This document shows positions 1 to 11,095 of a stretch of DNA of 64,000 bases, piece after piece (position 1 is the first letter of the stretch; every line of letters begins with the position of its first letter). A program made the translations under genes and the position numbers. The notes under the pieces are model-generated. The model worked only from the letters and a program-made list of their open reading frames with translations. It was not told where the DNA came from and ran no database searches. This DNA comes from a bacterium (GTDB lineage: Bacteria > UBA8248), in assembly GCA_965213625.1 (NCBI GenBank), contig CBDBZU010000004.1, forward strand, positions 3,168,001 to 3,232,000, read 5' to 3'.

Positions 1-12
1 GGCGGCAGGAGC

Positions 13-339
13 ATGTTCCGCATTCTGCTGGATGAGGAGTCCGTGGGCGCAAAGCAGTTCGCCCTGCTCATCAACGAATTCGACCCGGGCCTCACCTCCA
101 CCGCCCACAAGCACGACAAAGAAGAACACGCCTTTTACATCATCAGCGGAACGGGTGTGATCGACATCGAGGGGGAGAAGATTACCGTCGAGGCGGGCGA
201 CGCCGTATTTGTGCCTCCGGGAAACATGCACCAAATCACGAGCACGGGTGACGCGCTGTTCAAATATATGGTTTTATACTCGCCGCCGGGACCCAACGTC
301 GCGCTCAGGGAAAAAGGCGGCTATGGACTCGCCGAATGA
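13..339 (+). CDS. Cupin-domain protein (Cupin_2 type); probably 5'-truncated by the window edge
   Basis: Metal-binding motifs HxHxxxE (HKHDKEEH) and FVPPGxMH; reading frame is open back to base 1. Confidence 0.8.
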   Translation: MFRILLDEESVGAKQFALLINEFDPGLTSTAHKHDKEEHAFYIISGTGVIDIEGEKITVEAGDAVFVPPGNMHQITSTGDALFKYMVLYSPPGPNVALREKGGYGLAE

Positions 340-416
340 TTCGGGTCCGGTGCGTTAAATCGTCTTCATGAAATCGGTATAATGGACTGACTCAATACCC
401 TTATCGGGAACAGAAA

Positions 417-2966
417 ATGACCACTGTGCTTTCGTTTCAGGTCGTGCCCAGCATTCCTCCGGAATTGAAGGGGCTCGAGGAAATCGCCGACAACATCGCC
501 TTCGACTGGGACCATCGCGCGCGCGCGCTTTTCAGCAGGCTGGACGATGCCCTGTGGGAGGATTACCACTACAATCCCGCGCAGATGCTGCGCTCCGTCT
601 CTCAGGAGCGGCTCGATGCGGCGGCGCGCGATGCGCATTTTCTCCGCGATATGGAGAGCGTTCTCAAAGAACTTCACGCATATATCCACAAACCATCCTG
701 GTACCAGAACCTGCCTGCGAGTGAAAAGAGCGAGGAGCTTCGCATCGCTTATTTCAGTATGGAGTTCGGTCTCACGGAATCCGTACCCAACTATTCGGGC
801 GGCCTGGGCGTCCTCGCCGGCGATCACATGAAATCCGCGAGCGACCTGGGGCTGCCCCTCATCGGTGTGGGCCTCGCCTACGGCCAGGGATATTTTCGCC
901 AGCATTTAGGCCCCGACGGCTGGCAGCAGGAACGCTACCCGGACAACGATTTTCACCACACGCCGTTCCATCTCGAGCACGATGAGAACGGAGAACCCAT
1001 CACGGTGGAGGTCGATTTCCCCGACGGCCCGCTCACCGCGCAAGTCTGGCACGTGCAGGTGGGCCGCAACCCCATCTACCTCATGGACGCCAACGTGCCC
1101 GGAAACACGGCCTCGCTGCGCGAAATCACTCTGGCCCTCTACGGCGGGGACATGGAGACGCGAATCCGCCAGGAGATACTGCTCGGCATCGGAGGCGTGA
1201 GGCTGCTCCACAAGCTGGGCCTCCCCCCCGTCGTCTGCCACATGAACGAGGGGCACTCCGCCTTCCTGGCACTCGAGAGAATCCGCTATTCGATGGGGAA
1301 ATTCGGCATCGACGCCGGCGCTGCCCAGGAGTTGACCTCAGCTGGAAACATTTTCACGACGCACACGCCCGTCCCGGCGGGCATTGACATCTTTCCACCC
1401 GACATGATGGAAAAATATTTCCGCACTTATGCGGAATCCCTCTCCATGGAATGGGACGATTTTCTGGGTCTTGGCCGAGTGAACCCCGAACAGGGAGATG
1501 AGCCTTTCAACATGGCTGTCCTCGCGCTGCGCCTTTCCTCGGCGGCGAACGGCGTCAGTAAGCTGCATGGCGAGGTGTCGAGAAAGATGTGGCAATCCAT
1601 GTGGCCGGAAGTCCCCGAGCAGGATATTCCTATCGACTCCATCACGAACGGCGTCCATTTTCCCACCTGGGTATCTCCCGGGATGAAGGAGTTGTTCGAC
1701 AGACATCTGGGCGGCGCCTGGGTGGACGAGACAGACAAGCCGGAGATATGGGAGAGAGTCGCCTCTATCCCGGAGAGTGAACTCTGGGGCGTCAGGGAGA
1801 AAAACCGCGAGCGGCTTATCGAATTTTGCCGCGCGCACGCCCACAAGCGGCCACTGGGCAGCGTCACGCGGCCCAATGTCACTATCCTCCCCAATCCCAA
1901 AGCGCTGACGATCGGCTTTGCAAGACGCTTCGCCACCTACAAGCGCGCCACCCTATTGCTCAAGAGGCCAGAGCGCTTTATCTCACTACTCACGAACGAG
2001 GAAAAACCCGTACAATTCGTATTCTCCGGCAAAGCCCACCCGAGGGACATGGAAGGCAAGAGTTTCATACGCGAACTCGTCCATTTCGCCCGAAGGGAAA
2101 ACGTGCGCGACAAGCTCGTTTTCGTGGAGGATTACGATATCCATGTCGGCCGGCAACTCGTGCAGGGGGTGGATTTGTGGCTCAATAATCCCCGCCGCCC
2201 GCAGGAAGCAAGCGGCACCAGCGGCATGAAGGCGGCCGCCAACGGCGCCTTGAACCTGAGCATCATGGACGGCTGGTGGGCGGAAGGGTATGCGAGCCAC
2301 TTAGGGTGGGCCATCGGAGGTCTCGAGACGTACAACGACCCCGGCTACCAGGACGAGATGGAGTGTGAGAGCTTGTTCAACACCCTCGAGCAAGTCGTCG
2401 TTCCCCTTTTCTACGAACGAGGCGATGAGGGCATTCCATACGGTTGGGTAGAGATGATCAAGAATTCACTTCAATCTCTATGCCCCTACTTCAACACGAG
2501 CCGGATGGTGCGCGAGTACGCCGAAAAATTCTACCTGCCCCTGGGGGCGCACCATGCCCGCCTCATGGCGGATGAGCGGAATCCCGCCAAGTCACTTTCC
2601 GACTGGAAAGAGCGCGTGCGCCGCGCCTGGCCCGGGGTGGAGATCACCCAGATATCGATGGCACAAAGCGGCGTAGTTCAACTCGGCGCAAAAATGAGCA
2701 TCGAGGCGGAGGTTTCGCTCGGACATCTTTCCCCCGAAGAAGTTCGTCTCGAGATATACGAAGGTCCAATGAAAGAGGAAAGCCTGTTGTCCGGCGATAT
2801 CGTCTCTCCCATGGTTTTCTCGGAAGACCTCGGCGGCGGCGCATACCGTTTCCGTGGCGAGATAGAATGCCGCAGACCGGGCATGCACGGCGTGTCGGTG
2901 CGTGCGGTGCCCCATCACCCGCATCTCATTCATCCGCTAAGCCTGCATCTTCTCACCTGGGGCTAG
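417..2966 (+). CDS. glgP: Alpha-glucan (glycogen/starch) phosphorylase
   Basis: YFSMEFG, YSGGLGVLAGD, GFARRFATYKR and the PLP-lysine motif EASGTSGMK; 849 aa. Confidence 0.95.
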   Translation: MTTVLSFQVVPSIPPELKGLEEIADNIAFDWDHRARALFSRLDDALWEDYHYNPAQMLRSVSQERLDAAARDAHFLRDMESVLKELHAYIHKPSWYQNLPASEKSEELRIAYFSMEFGLTESVPNYSGGLGVLAGDHMKSASDLGLPLIGVGLAYGQGYFRQHLGPDGWQQERYPDNDFHHTPFHLEHDENGEPITVEVDFPDGPLTAQVWHVQVGRNPIYLMDANVPGNTASLREITLALYGGDMETRIRQEILLGIGGVRLLHKLGLPPVVCHMNEGHSAFLALERIRYSMGKFGIDAGAAQELTSAGNIFTTHTPVPAGIDIFPPDMMEKYFRTYAESLSMEWDDFLGLGRVNPEQGDEPFNMAVLALRLSSAANGVSKLHGEVSRKMWQSMWPEVPEQDIPIDSITNGVHFPTWVSPGMKELFDRHLGGAWVDETDKPEIWERVASIPESELWGVREKNRERLIEFCRAHAHKRPLGSVTRPNVTILPNPKALTIGFARRFATYKRATLLLKRPERFISLLTNEEKPVQFVFSGKAHPRDMEGKSFIRELVHFARRENVRDKLVFVEDYDIHVGRQLVQGVDLWLNNPRRPQEASGTSGMKAAANGALNLSIMDGWWAEGYASHLGWAIGGLETYNDPGYQDEMECESLFNTLEQVVVPLFYERGDEGIPYGWVEMIKNSLQSLCPYFNTSRMVREYAEKFYLPLGAHHARLMADERNPAKSLSDWKERVRRAWPGVEITQISMAQSGVVQLGAKMSIEAEVSLGHLSPEEVRLEIYEGPMKEESLLSGDIVSPMVFSEDLGGGAYRFRGEIECRRPGMHGVSVRAVPHHPHLIHPLSLHLLTWG

Positions 2967-3062
2967 ACCGGGCGCGCCCAAATGCGTATTTCAAGTTTTT
3001 CCCGCACCTGATAAACTGCTCGTAACGAAGGGCGGTTCAGCAGAATCGGAGGAAAACACTTC

Positions 3063-3377
3063 ATGAGCGAGAAAAAACCATACATCGTCGAAATCGGTCA
3101 GGGAGGTAGAATCCACCTGCCCAAGGACGTCATGAAATCCCTGGAAGCCGGGCCCGGCAATCAAATCCGCTTCGAGCTTGGGGAGGATTCCGTTCAAATT
3201 GTACGGCATCAGGTGAAAGACCCGTTCGCCGAGGCGGCTAAGAAAAAGACCCCCGACATTCAGGATTTGATGAGCCGGCAAGCGGCCAGAAAGAAAGAAG
3301 CGGCCGACTTATTCGCTAAGGGGATGCAGGAGAAACACGAAATCAGGCCCGAAGACCGGGAAGATTTCTGGCGTTAA
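3063..3377 (+). CDS. AbrB/MazE/SpoVT-fold DNA-binding protein with charged C-terminal extension
   Basis: N-terminal GRIHLPKDVMKSL...PGNQIRF swapped-hairpin pattern; GGAGG RBS at ~3048. Confidence 0.7.
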   Translation: MSEKKPYIVEIGQGGRIHLPKDVMKSLEAGPGNQIRFELGEDSVQIVRHQVKDPFAEAAKKKTPDIQDLMSRQAARKKEAADLFAKGMQEKHEIRPEDREDFWR

Positions 3378-3415
3378 GATCATAAAACCAGAAATAGGAA
3401 CTGCTCCGGAATACT

Positions 3416-5314
3416 TTACAGGTTATACCCTTCCTCGAAGCGGATGTTGGACGCTTGTCTGAGTCTTTCCAGATACTGGTTGAAGACCATCGCTTTCTTC
3501 AATTGAAGCTGCGCATTGCTGAAATCCGATTTCTCGGATTCGAATTTCTTCATATCGGTCTGCGGCCCCTCCAATACCTCGAACAAAATTACATCGCTAC
3601 CAGCCTGAGCCATCCCGAATTCGCCCTTCTTGAGGCTGAACGCAAGGCTTGCAATATCTGGAGAAGACCCAAGCTGCGCGGGAACGCCCACCCGCTTGAA
3701 AGCTTCAGGCTTGAGCACCTTGAGTTTGAGTTCCTCGGCGATTGAAGATAGGTCACGCTTTTTACCCTTGAGTTCTTGGAGCCAGAGCGCCGCTTTTCGT
3801 TTCGCGGCTTCAGCCCCCTTGAGACGCAGGTATGACCGCTCCACCTGTTTGAGCACATCCTCGAATTTCGGGACGAATGGCTCCCTTTTCGCCTCGAGAC
3901 GCACGAAGCTGACGCCCCCGCCCCCTTCCCGTTCTCTGGAAATCTTTTCATCTCCGCTCAGACCAAATGCAAGTTCATTTATTATATTGGATGCAGGCAC
4001 CGTCTGCGGAGTACGACCTCTTTCAAAAAAGTCGGTTTCTCCCTTTTTCAGACCGGCGAGAGCCGGCTCCGCCTTCTTGTCTTCCACGGCGTAGCGGATT
4101 TTTCTCAATTCATTCTTCGCCCGTTCTCTGGACCGCAAGGCCCTCAAATCTACTTCCACTTGCTTTCGAACTTCCTCGAACGGTTTCTCGCCGGGCAAAA
4201 TCTTGTCCCGCACCCACAACAGGTGCATCCCGAAAGAGGTTTTAACCGGCTTGCTGACTTCTCCTTTTTTCAGTGCGTAGGCCACTTTTTCTAGCTCGGG
4301 CAGCATCTGGCCTTTGCCGAAAGCGCCGAGTTCGCCCCCTCGTTTCGCCCCGGGTCCCTCAGAGTGCGCTTTGGCCAGCTCGGTGAATTTCTCGCCCTTC
4401 TGGACACGCTCGCGCAGCGCTTCGAGCCGTTTCCGTGCCGCATCCACCTGCTCTTTTTTCGCATTGGGAGAAAGTTTCAACAGAATCTGATTCACAGACA
4501 CGCTCTCTTTGCGTTCATATTTCGCGCGGGTCCGTGCGTAGTGCGACCTCAGCTCTGTGTCACCAAGTTCGATTCCTTTCGCCACTGCGGATAACGGGAG
4601 ATGCCACCAGGTTACCTTCCGCTGAGGGCCGGTTTTGAATTGGTCTTTATTTTTTTCATAATAGGTTTTGAGGTCAGCTTCGGGTTTAGGCACATCCTCG
4701 GAGAAAGTCTTCGGTTTCAGACGAAGGGCGGCCAACCTGATCTCCGCGTTTCTCCACTCATAAGCGCCCCGTGTTTCCTGCTCGCTCACTAACACCCCCA
4801 AGCTCACATATTCACGAAGCTGATTGAGCAAAACGACCCGCCTTTGGTCATCTTCGAACTGCCGGGGCGAGATGCCATTCGACTCCAGTATGCTGCGATA
4901 ACGCTGGTTATCGAACTTTCCGTCCTGCTGAAAGGGGGCGAGCGATTGTATCTGGAGGGCGACTTGCGCGTTGGTGACCTCGATCCCGAGCCTCTGGGCT
5001 TCTTGTAGTTGAAGTTTTTCTAATATGAGAGAATCAAGCGTCTGGCGTCTCAGCCCGAGCCTGCGCGCAAGTTCTTCATTAAACGCGGCGCCCAGTTGCC
5101 TTCTAAGCCTTTCCGCCTGCTGATAATAGCGTTGTTCGAATTCGCGCACCGATATGGGCATTTCACCTACCCATGCCGCGACACGGCCGCCTCCGGTATC
5201 GCTTTGCCTGTCCGAGAGTGCGAACCCGCCAAAAGACACGAACGTGAGCGCTACGAAGCCGAGCAGCGCTTTAAGTACCCAGCTTTTACCCTTTTCTCTC
5301 AAAAAACGAAGCAT
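3416..5314 (-). CDS. ppiD: PpiD-like membrane-anchored periplasmic chaperone / parvulin PPIase
   Basis: MLRFLREK start, N-terminal TM helix, SurA_N region, parvulin motif FTELAKAHSEGPGAKRGGELG...VKTSFGMHL; start moved to ATG 5314. Confidence 0.88.
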   Translation of the reverse strand: MLRFLREKGKSWVLKALLGFVALTFVSFGGFALSDRQSDTGGGRVAAWVGEMPISVREFEQRYYQQAERLRRQLGAAFNEELARRLGLRRQTLDSLILEKLQLQEAQRLGIEVTNAQVALQIQSLAPFQQDGKFDNQRYRSILESNGISPRQFEDDQRRVVLLNQLREYVSLGVLVSEQETRGAYEWRNAEIRLAALRLKPKTFSEDVPKPEADLKTYYEKNKDQFKTGPQRKVTWWHLPLSAVAKGIELGDTELRSHYARTRAKYERKESVSVNQILLKLSPNAKKEQVDAARKRLEALRERVQKGEKFTELAKAHSEGPGAKRGGELGAFGKGQMLPELEKVAYALKKGEVSKPVKTSFGMHLLWVRDKILPGEKPFEEVRKQVEVDLRALRSRERAKNELRKIRYAVEDKKAEPALAGLKKGETDFFERGRTPQTVPASNIINELAFGLSGDEKISREREGGGGVSFVRLEAKREPFVPKFEDVLKQVERSYLRLKGAEAAKRKAALWLQELKGKKRDLSSIAEELKLKVLKPEAFKRVGVPAQLGSSPDIASLAFSLKKGEFGMAQAGSDVILFEVLEGPQTDMKKFESEKSDFSNAQLQLKKAMVFNQYLERLRQASNIRFEEGYNL

Positions 5315-5466
5315 CAATGTTGCATTCCTCCCAAATCGACGGCCCATACAATCACACACGACTTTAGTAGTGAGCTAATGGAAAATAGCCCACCTCTCGT
5401 GTCATCGCAAATAGGATAAGGTGATTTTGACGGGTCCCTTCCGCTGCTCAATAGATTTTTTTTTGA

Positions 5467-6615
<1,149 letters not shown>

Positions 6616-6695
6616 CCGATATACATCATTAAAGCTTCGGTCGCTGCCCGCAATAGCGCTTTCGCGCATTTCTGGGAATCAACCCTAGAACTATT

Positions 6696-7529
6696 ATGTT
6701 TCAGTTTTTCGTCGAACGCAGAAGTCTGGCCCTCCTTGTCGGGTTATTTGCCGTCTGCTTCACGCTCATGACGCTGAGCGTGCGCTTTCGTGGTCAATCC
6801 ACTTTGATTGACAGAGCGTTACTCTCACTCGTCGGTTCGACCATTCAGCTCGCCGACATTCCCAGAAAATTGTCAGTCGAACTCTGGCAAAAATACCTGC
6901 TCCTCAAGAATGCCCATGAAGAAAACAACGCGTTGAAACAGAAGCTGCAATCGTTCAGCGCGAACCACGCGCAGGTACAAGAGTTGAAATCCGAAATCGC
7001 TCGCCTCGAGAAACTGCTCGCTGCATCGCAGACTCTCGAGGCGCCTGTTCGCCTCGCCCGGATTATCGCTCACAACAGAAACATTTATGGAGAATCGCTG
7101 CTTCTCGACCTGGGCTCGCAAGCTGGCGTGCGCAAGAATATGCCTGTCATGCACCAGGCAGGCCTCGTGGGAAGAATCTCCCGCGTAGGGAACAACGTGA
7201 GTCAGGTATTAACCCTGCTCGACTCTAGAAGCGCCGTCAACGTCATCGCCCAGCGCTCGCGCGCGCAAGGGGTCTTCGCCATTTCCTCCTTAGGGGAGAG
7301 CGAGGTGCGCTACATGCCGCTCCATACAGAAATGAAGCAAGGGGATCTGCTCATTTCTTCCGGTTTGGGAGGAATTTTCCCAAAAGGACTTCCCGTGGCC
7401 CATATTACAGATATCAAAAACGCGCGAGAGTTGTTCCCAATAATCAAGGCCAAGGCGGTTGTGGATTTCTCCAATTTGGAAGAGGTGATGATCCTGATGA
7501 CGAAACCTAAGGATAATCCCTGGAAATGA
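6696..7529 (+). CDS. mreC: Rod shape-determining protein MreC
   Basis: TM helix plus coiled coil plus SSGLGGIFPKGLPV; follows mreB. Confidence 0.95.
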   Translation: MFQFFVERRSLALLVGLFAVCFTLMTLSVRFRGQSTLIDRALLSLVGSTIQLADIPRKLSVELWQKYLLLKNAHEENNALKQKLQSFSANHAQVQELKSEIARLEKLLAASQTLEAPVRLARIIAHNRNIYGESLLLDLGSQAGVRKNMPVMHQAGLVGRISRVGNNVSQVLTLLDSRSAVNVIAQRSRAQGVFAISSLGESEVRYMPLHTEMKQGDLLISSGLGGIFPKGLPVAHITDIKNARELFPIIKAKAVVDFSNLEEVMILMTKPKDNPWK

Positions 7530-8047
7530 TTGTTATATTTTATCTCATACTCGCTGTCCTCACGATTGTCTTGCATACGACAATTGCGGATTATTTCTCG
7601 AGCTGGATTGGCGCCAAGCCGGATGCCATGCTTCTCACGACTGTATTTCTGGGTCTGTACCGTGACAGAGAGACGGGGCTCATCGGGGGATTCAGCCTCG
7701 GAATTTTTGAAGATGTGCTCACAGGCGGCTTGCTGGGTTTCAATGCGCTCCTCAAAGGGTTGATTGGTCATTACACGGGTGGACTGAAACCCAGCATGAC
7801 GGCGCGCTCCGTCTTTTTCTACTGCGCGGTGGTGTTTTTCGCCTCCATATTCAACATCCTGTTCTCTTTTTTGCTCGTGCAAATTTTTGTGCCAGCTCAA
7901 TTTCTGCCCATCACGTATTGGATAGACGCTGTCAAGACGGTAGGCTTGAACGTCGTTTTGGCGCCTATCGCCATCAGCCTTCTGGGAATGATGGAAGAAA
8001 AAGTGCTACCATCAGATGCGGGTACGCCCTATCCGGAGCGCTCCTGA
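7526..8047 (+). CDS. mreD: Rod shape-determining protein MreD
   Basis: Hydrophobic 173 aa with PD and GFSLGIFED motifs; ATGA overlap with mreC. Confidence 0.9.
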   Translation: MIVIFYLILAVLTIVLHTTIADYFSSWIGAKPDAMLLTTVFLGLYRDRETGLIGGFSLGIFEDVLTGGLLGFNALLKGLIGHYTGGLKPSMTARSVFFYCAVVFFASIFNILFSFLLVQIFVPAQFLPITYWIDAVKTVGLNVVLAPIAISLLGMMEEKVLPSDAGTPYPERS

Positions 8048-8048
8048 G

Positions 8049-9950
8049 ATGAAAGAGTGGCAATTCAATTCAAACCCCGAGACAAGCGATGCACTCAAGC
8101 GCCGCGTTGTCATTTTCGGGATCTGTTTCGGCTTGGTCCTCTTCGGCTTGTTCATCAGACTCTGGAATCTTCAGGTGATCCAGGGCGCGAAATTCCGAGC
8201 CCTTTCCGAAGATAACCGAATCGCCTACCGCCTCGTGCAAAGCCCCAGGGGCATGGTGTTCGACTCGAGCGGAGAACTGCTCGCCGACAACCGCGCATCA
8301 TTCAACATATATCTGATTCGGGAAAATGTAAAAAAACTGAAGCAGACCATTCGCCTGCTGGCCGAGATTACGGATCAACCCTTTGAGGAACTCTATCAAA
8401 GAACCCGAAATGCGAATCCTTTCCGCCCATTTCTGATCAAGTCGGACATCAGCCGCAAAACCATGGCTTTCCTGGAAGAGCATAAGCCCGATTATCCCGG
8501 TGTATTCGTTCAGGTGACACCCCTCAGACAATATCCGTCTAAGGAGCAGGCGAGCCATCTTCTCGGTTATATGGGCGAGGTCAGCAACCGTCAGTTACAA
8601 CGCTTGAAAGTACGAGATTACAGGCAGGGAGACTTGCTAGGTCAATACGGGGTCGAGCGAACTCAGGAAAAATTCCTGCGCGGGCAAAACGGCTTCAAGC
8701 AAGTGGAGGTAGACGCCTACGGAAGAGAGTTGCGCGTCGTCCGTCCGTTCGTGGAAAAACCGGGGAACAACGTCTACCTGACGATCGACATGGAACTCCA
8801 AAAAAAGGCGGAGGAGTTGTTCGAGGCGCATGAGGGCAGCATCGTCGTCCTCAATCCATCTAATGGCGCCATTTTGGCTATGGTGAGCAAGCCATCCTTC
8901 AACCCGAACATTTTTGCTGGAGGCATAGACGCCAAAGACTGGAAAAGTCTCATGCAAAACCCCCTGAAACCGCTCGAGAACCGGGCCATCCGAGGGCAAT
9001 ACCCCCCTGGCTCGATTTTCAAAATCGTGATGGGTTTCGCGATTCTGAACGAGAAAATCATGCGTTCCGACGAAAAAATACGCTGCCACGGCTCATTTCC
9101 ATTCGGGAAAAAGATATTTCGAGACTGGAAAAAAGGCGGGCATGGACCCATCGACTACGTTCAATCCCTGGCTCAGAGTTGCGATATCTACTATTACACC
9201 AACGGCCACAAGCTCGGCATCAAGAGAATCGCGCATTACGCGCGCATGTTCGGGCTGGGTTCGCCCACCGGGTTCGGAGCCGCTGAAAAAGGGGGGCTCG
9301 TGCCGTCGGATGCCTGGAAGCGCCGCCGATTCAAGGAAAGATGGTATAAGGGCGAAACTATCAGCGTATCCATCGGCCAGGGCTTCAATCTCGTCACGCC
9401 CATGCAGGCCGCCAACCTCATCGCAACCGTGGCGAACGGCGGTTATCTCTGGAAGCCCTACCTCGTGAGAAAAGTGCTGGACCCCGGCGGCAAGGCGCTT
9501 TTCGAATCCAAACCCCGGCTGATTCGGAAAATCCCGATATCTCCGGAAATTTTCCAGAAAGTCCGAGAGGGGCTCAAAGAAGTCGTCCACGGCAAGCGGG
9601 GCACGGCGAAAAAAGCCCGGGTGCCGGGCGTCATTGTGGCCGGCAAGACGGGCACCGCCCAGACGGTCGACCTCAAATACACGGGCCGTAAGAGAAAACC
9701 CGAAGAATTGCCGCGAAAATTTCGGGATCATGGCTGGTTCGTCGCATTCGCCCCCTTCGAAAACCCCACCATCGCAATCGCAATTTTGGGAGAAAACGCC
9801 GGCAGGCCGGGGTCCTTTTTCGCCCCGTACGCAAAAGAGCTGATCTCTTTCTATCTTGAGAAAAACGGGCAACAAATCCTGGCTTCGACCGAAACGACTG
9901 AAGGGAAACCGCTCTCCGCGAACAACCGGGCGCCAGGAATTCGCAGATGA
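8049..9950 (+). CDS. mrdA: Penicillin-binding protein 2 (class B transpeptidase)
   Basis: YPPGSIFK (SxxK), SCD (SxD) and KTGT; position in mre operon. Confidence 0.95.
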   Translation: MKEWQFNSNPETSDALKRRVVIFGICFGLVLFGLFIRLWNLQVIQGAKFRALSEDNRIAYRLVQSPRGMVFDSSGELLADNRASFNIYLIRENVKKLKQTIRLLAEITDQPFEELYQRTRNANPFRPFLIKSDISRKTMAFLEEHKPDYPGVFVQVTPLRQYPSKEQASHLLGYMGEVSNRQLQRLKVRDYRQGDLLGQYGVERTQEKFLRGQNGFKQVEVDAYGRELRVVRPFVEKPGNNVYLTIDMELQKKAEELFEAHEGSIVVLNPSNGAILAMVSKPSFNPNIFAGGIDAKDWKSLMQNPLKPLENRAIRGQYPPGSIFKIVMGFAILNEKIMRSDEKIRCHGSFPFGKKIFRDWKKGGHGPIDYVQSLAQSCDIYYYTNGHKLGIKRIAHYARMFGLGSPTGFGAAEKGGLVPSDAWKRRRFKERWYKGETISVSIGQGFNLVTPMQAANLIATVANGGYLWKPYLVRKVLDPGGKALFESKPRLIRKIPISPEIFQKVREGLKEVVHGKRGTAKKARVPGVIVAGKTGTAQTVDLKYTGRKRKPEELPRKFRDHGWFVAFAPFENPTIAIAILGENAGRPGSFFAPYAKELISFYLEKNGQQILASTETTEGKPLSANNRAPGIRR

Positions 9951-11089
9951 CGGGCATCGCCACCACTCAATCATCCACTTTTTGGCGAGCCGTCTCGCAG
10001 ACGGACTGGCTGCTCGTTCTCACCACGCTTTTGCTCAGCTTGACGGGCATATTCATGATCTACAGCGCCATCCATTCCAACCCCGTCTTTCTGAAAAGCT
10101 CACTGCATGTCAAACAAGCGCTGTGGACATCCATCGGTTTATTCGTATTGCTCTGTATCCTTTTTTTCGACTACCACTTATTTACGCGGTGGGCCTACTT
10201 TTTTTACGCCATCGTCATCATTCTCCTCATCGCCGTCCTCTTCTCGGGACAGGTGGCATACGGTGCGAAACGCTGGCTCGTTTTGGGCCCCTTGCGGCTT
10301 CAGCCCTCAGAGCTGGCGCGTTTGGCGGTCATCCTCGTTCTGGCCAGATACTTCGGCTCTCGCGGAGACGAAAACCCCATAGGATTCAAGGAACTCATCC
10401 CAGCGTTTGTTCTGGCCATCGCGCCCGTGTTGCTGATTGTTCGACAACCGGATTTGGGCACCGGCCTCACCGTTTTCCTGGTAGCGGGAGCGATGACGCT
10501 CGTCGTCGGCGTAAGGAGAAGAGTCCTCATCGCCATCGCAAGTCTGGCGATTGTATGCGCGCCGCTGGGCTGGTTTTTCATGAAACCATATCAACGCCTT
10601 CGGATTTTGACTCTCTTCAACCCCGACGCCGACCCACTCGGCGCAGGCTACCAGAGCATGCAAAGCATCATCGCCGTCGGCAGCGGTGAAATCTGGGGCA
10701 AAGGACTTCTTCAGGGAACGCAGAGCAGACTTCATTTCCTGCCGGAGAAACATACCGATTTCATCTTCTCCGTACTGAGCGAAGAGCTAGGCTTTATCGG
10801 CAGCATTATCGTGTTGGCGTTGTTCTTCATATTTATCCTGCGGTGTCTGAGCGCAGCGATGAACGCCGCCGACAAGGAAGGCACCCTGCTCGCCGTAGGA
10901 ATCACCTCGGCGTTTTTCCTCTACATCATATTCAACATCGGGATGACGCTCGGCCTGATGCCGATCGTCGGAATCCCGCTTCCCCTGGTCAGCTACGGAG
11001 GGAGTGCCTCCATCTCGTCTTTCATCGCCATCGCCCTGGTCCTGAACGTCGGCATGAGAAGAAAAAGCCTCACTCCCTTCTTCGGCTGA
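9947..11089 (+). CDS. rodA: SEDS peptidoglycan polymerase RodA
   Basis: GAKRW, LQPSE, QPDLGT, PEKHTDFIF, PLVSYGGS. Confidence 0.96.
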   Translation: MTGIATTQSSTFWRAVSQTDWLLVLTTLLLSLTGIFMIYSAIHSNPVFLKSSLHVKQALWTSIGLFVLLCILFFDYHLFTRWAYFFYAIVIILLIAVLFSGQVAYGAKRWLVLGPLRLQPSELARLAVILVLARYFGSRGDENPIGFKELIPAFVLAIAPVLLIVRQPDLGTGLTVFLVAGAMTLVVGVRRRVLIAIASLAIVCAPLGWFFMKPYQRLRILTLFNPDADPLGAGYQSMQSIIAVGSGEIWGKGLLQGTQSRLHFLPEKHTDFIFSVLSEELGFIGSIIVLALFFIFILRCLSAAMNAADKEGTLLAVGITSAFFLYIIFNIGMTLGLMPIVGIPLPLVSYGGSASISSFIAIALVLNVGMRRKSLTPFFG

Positions 11090-11095
11090 CCCCCC

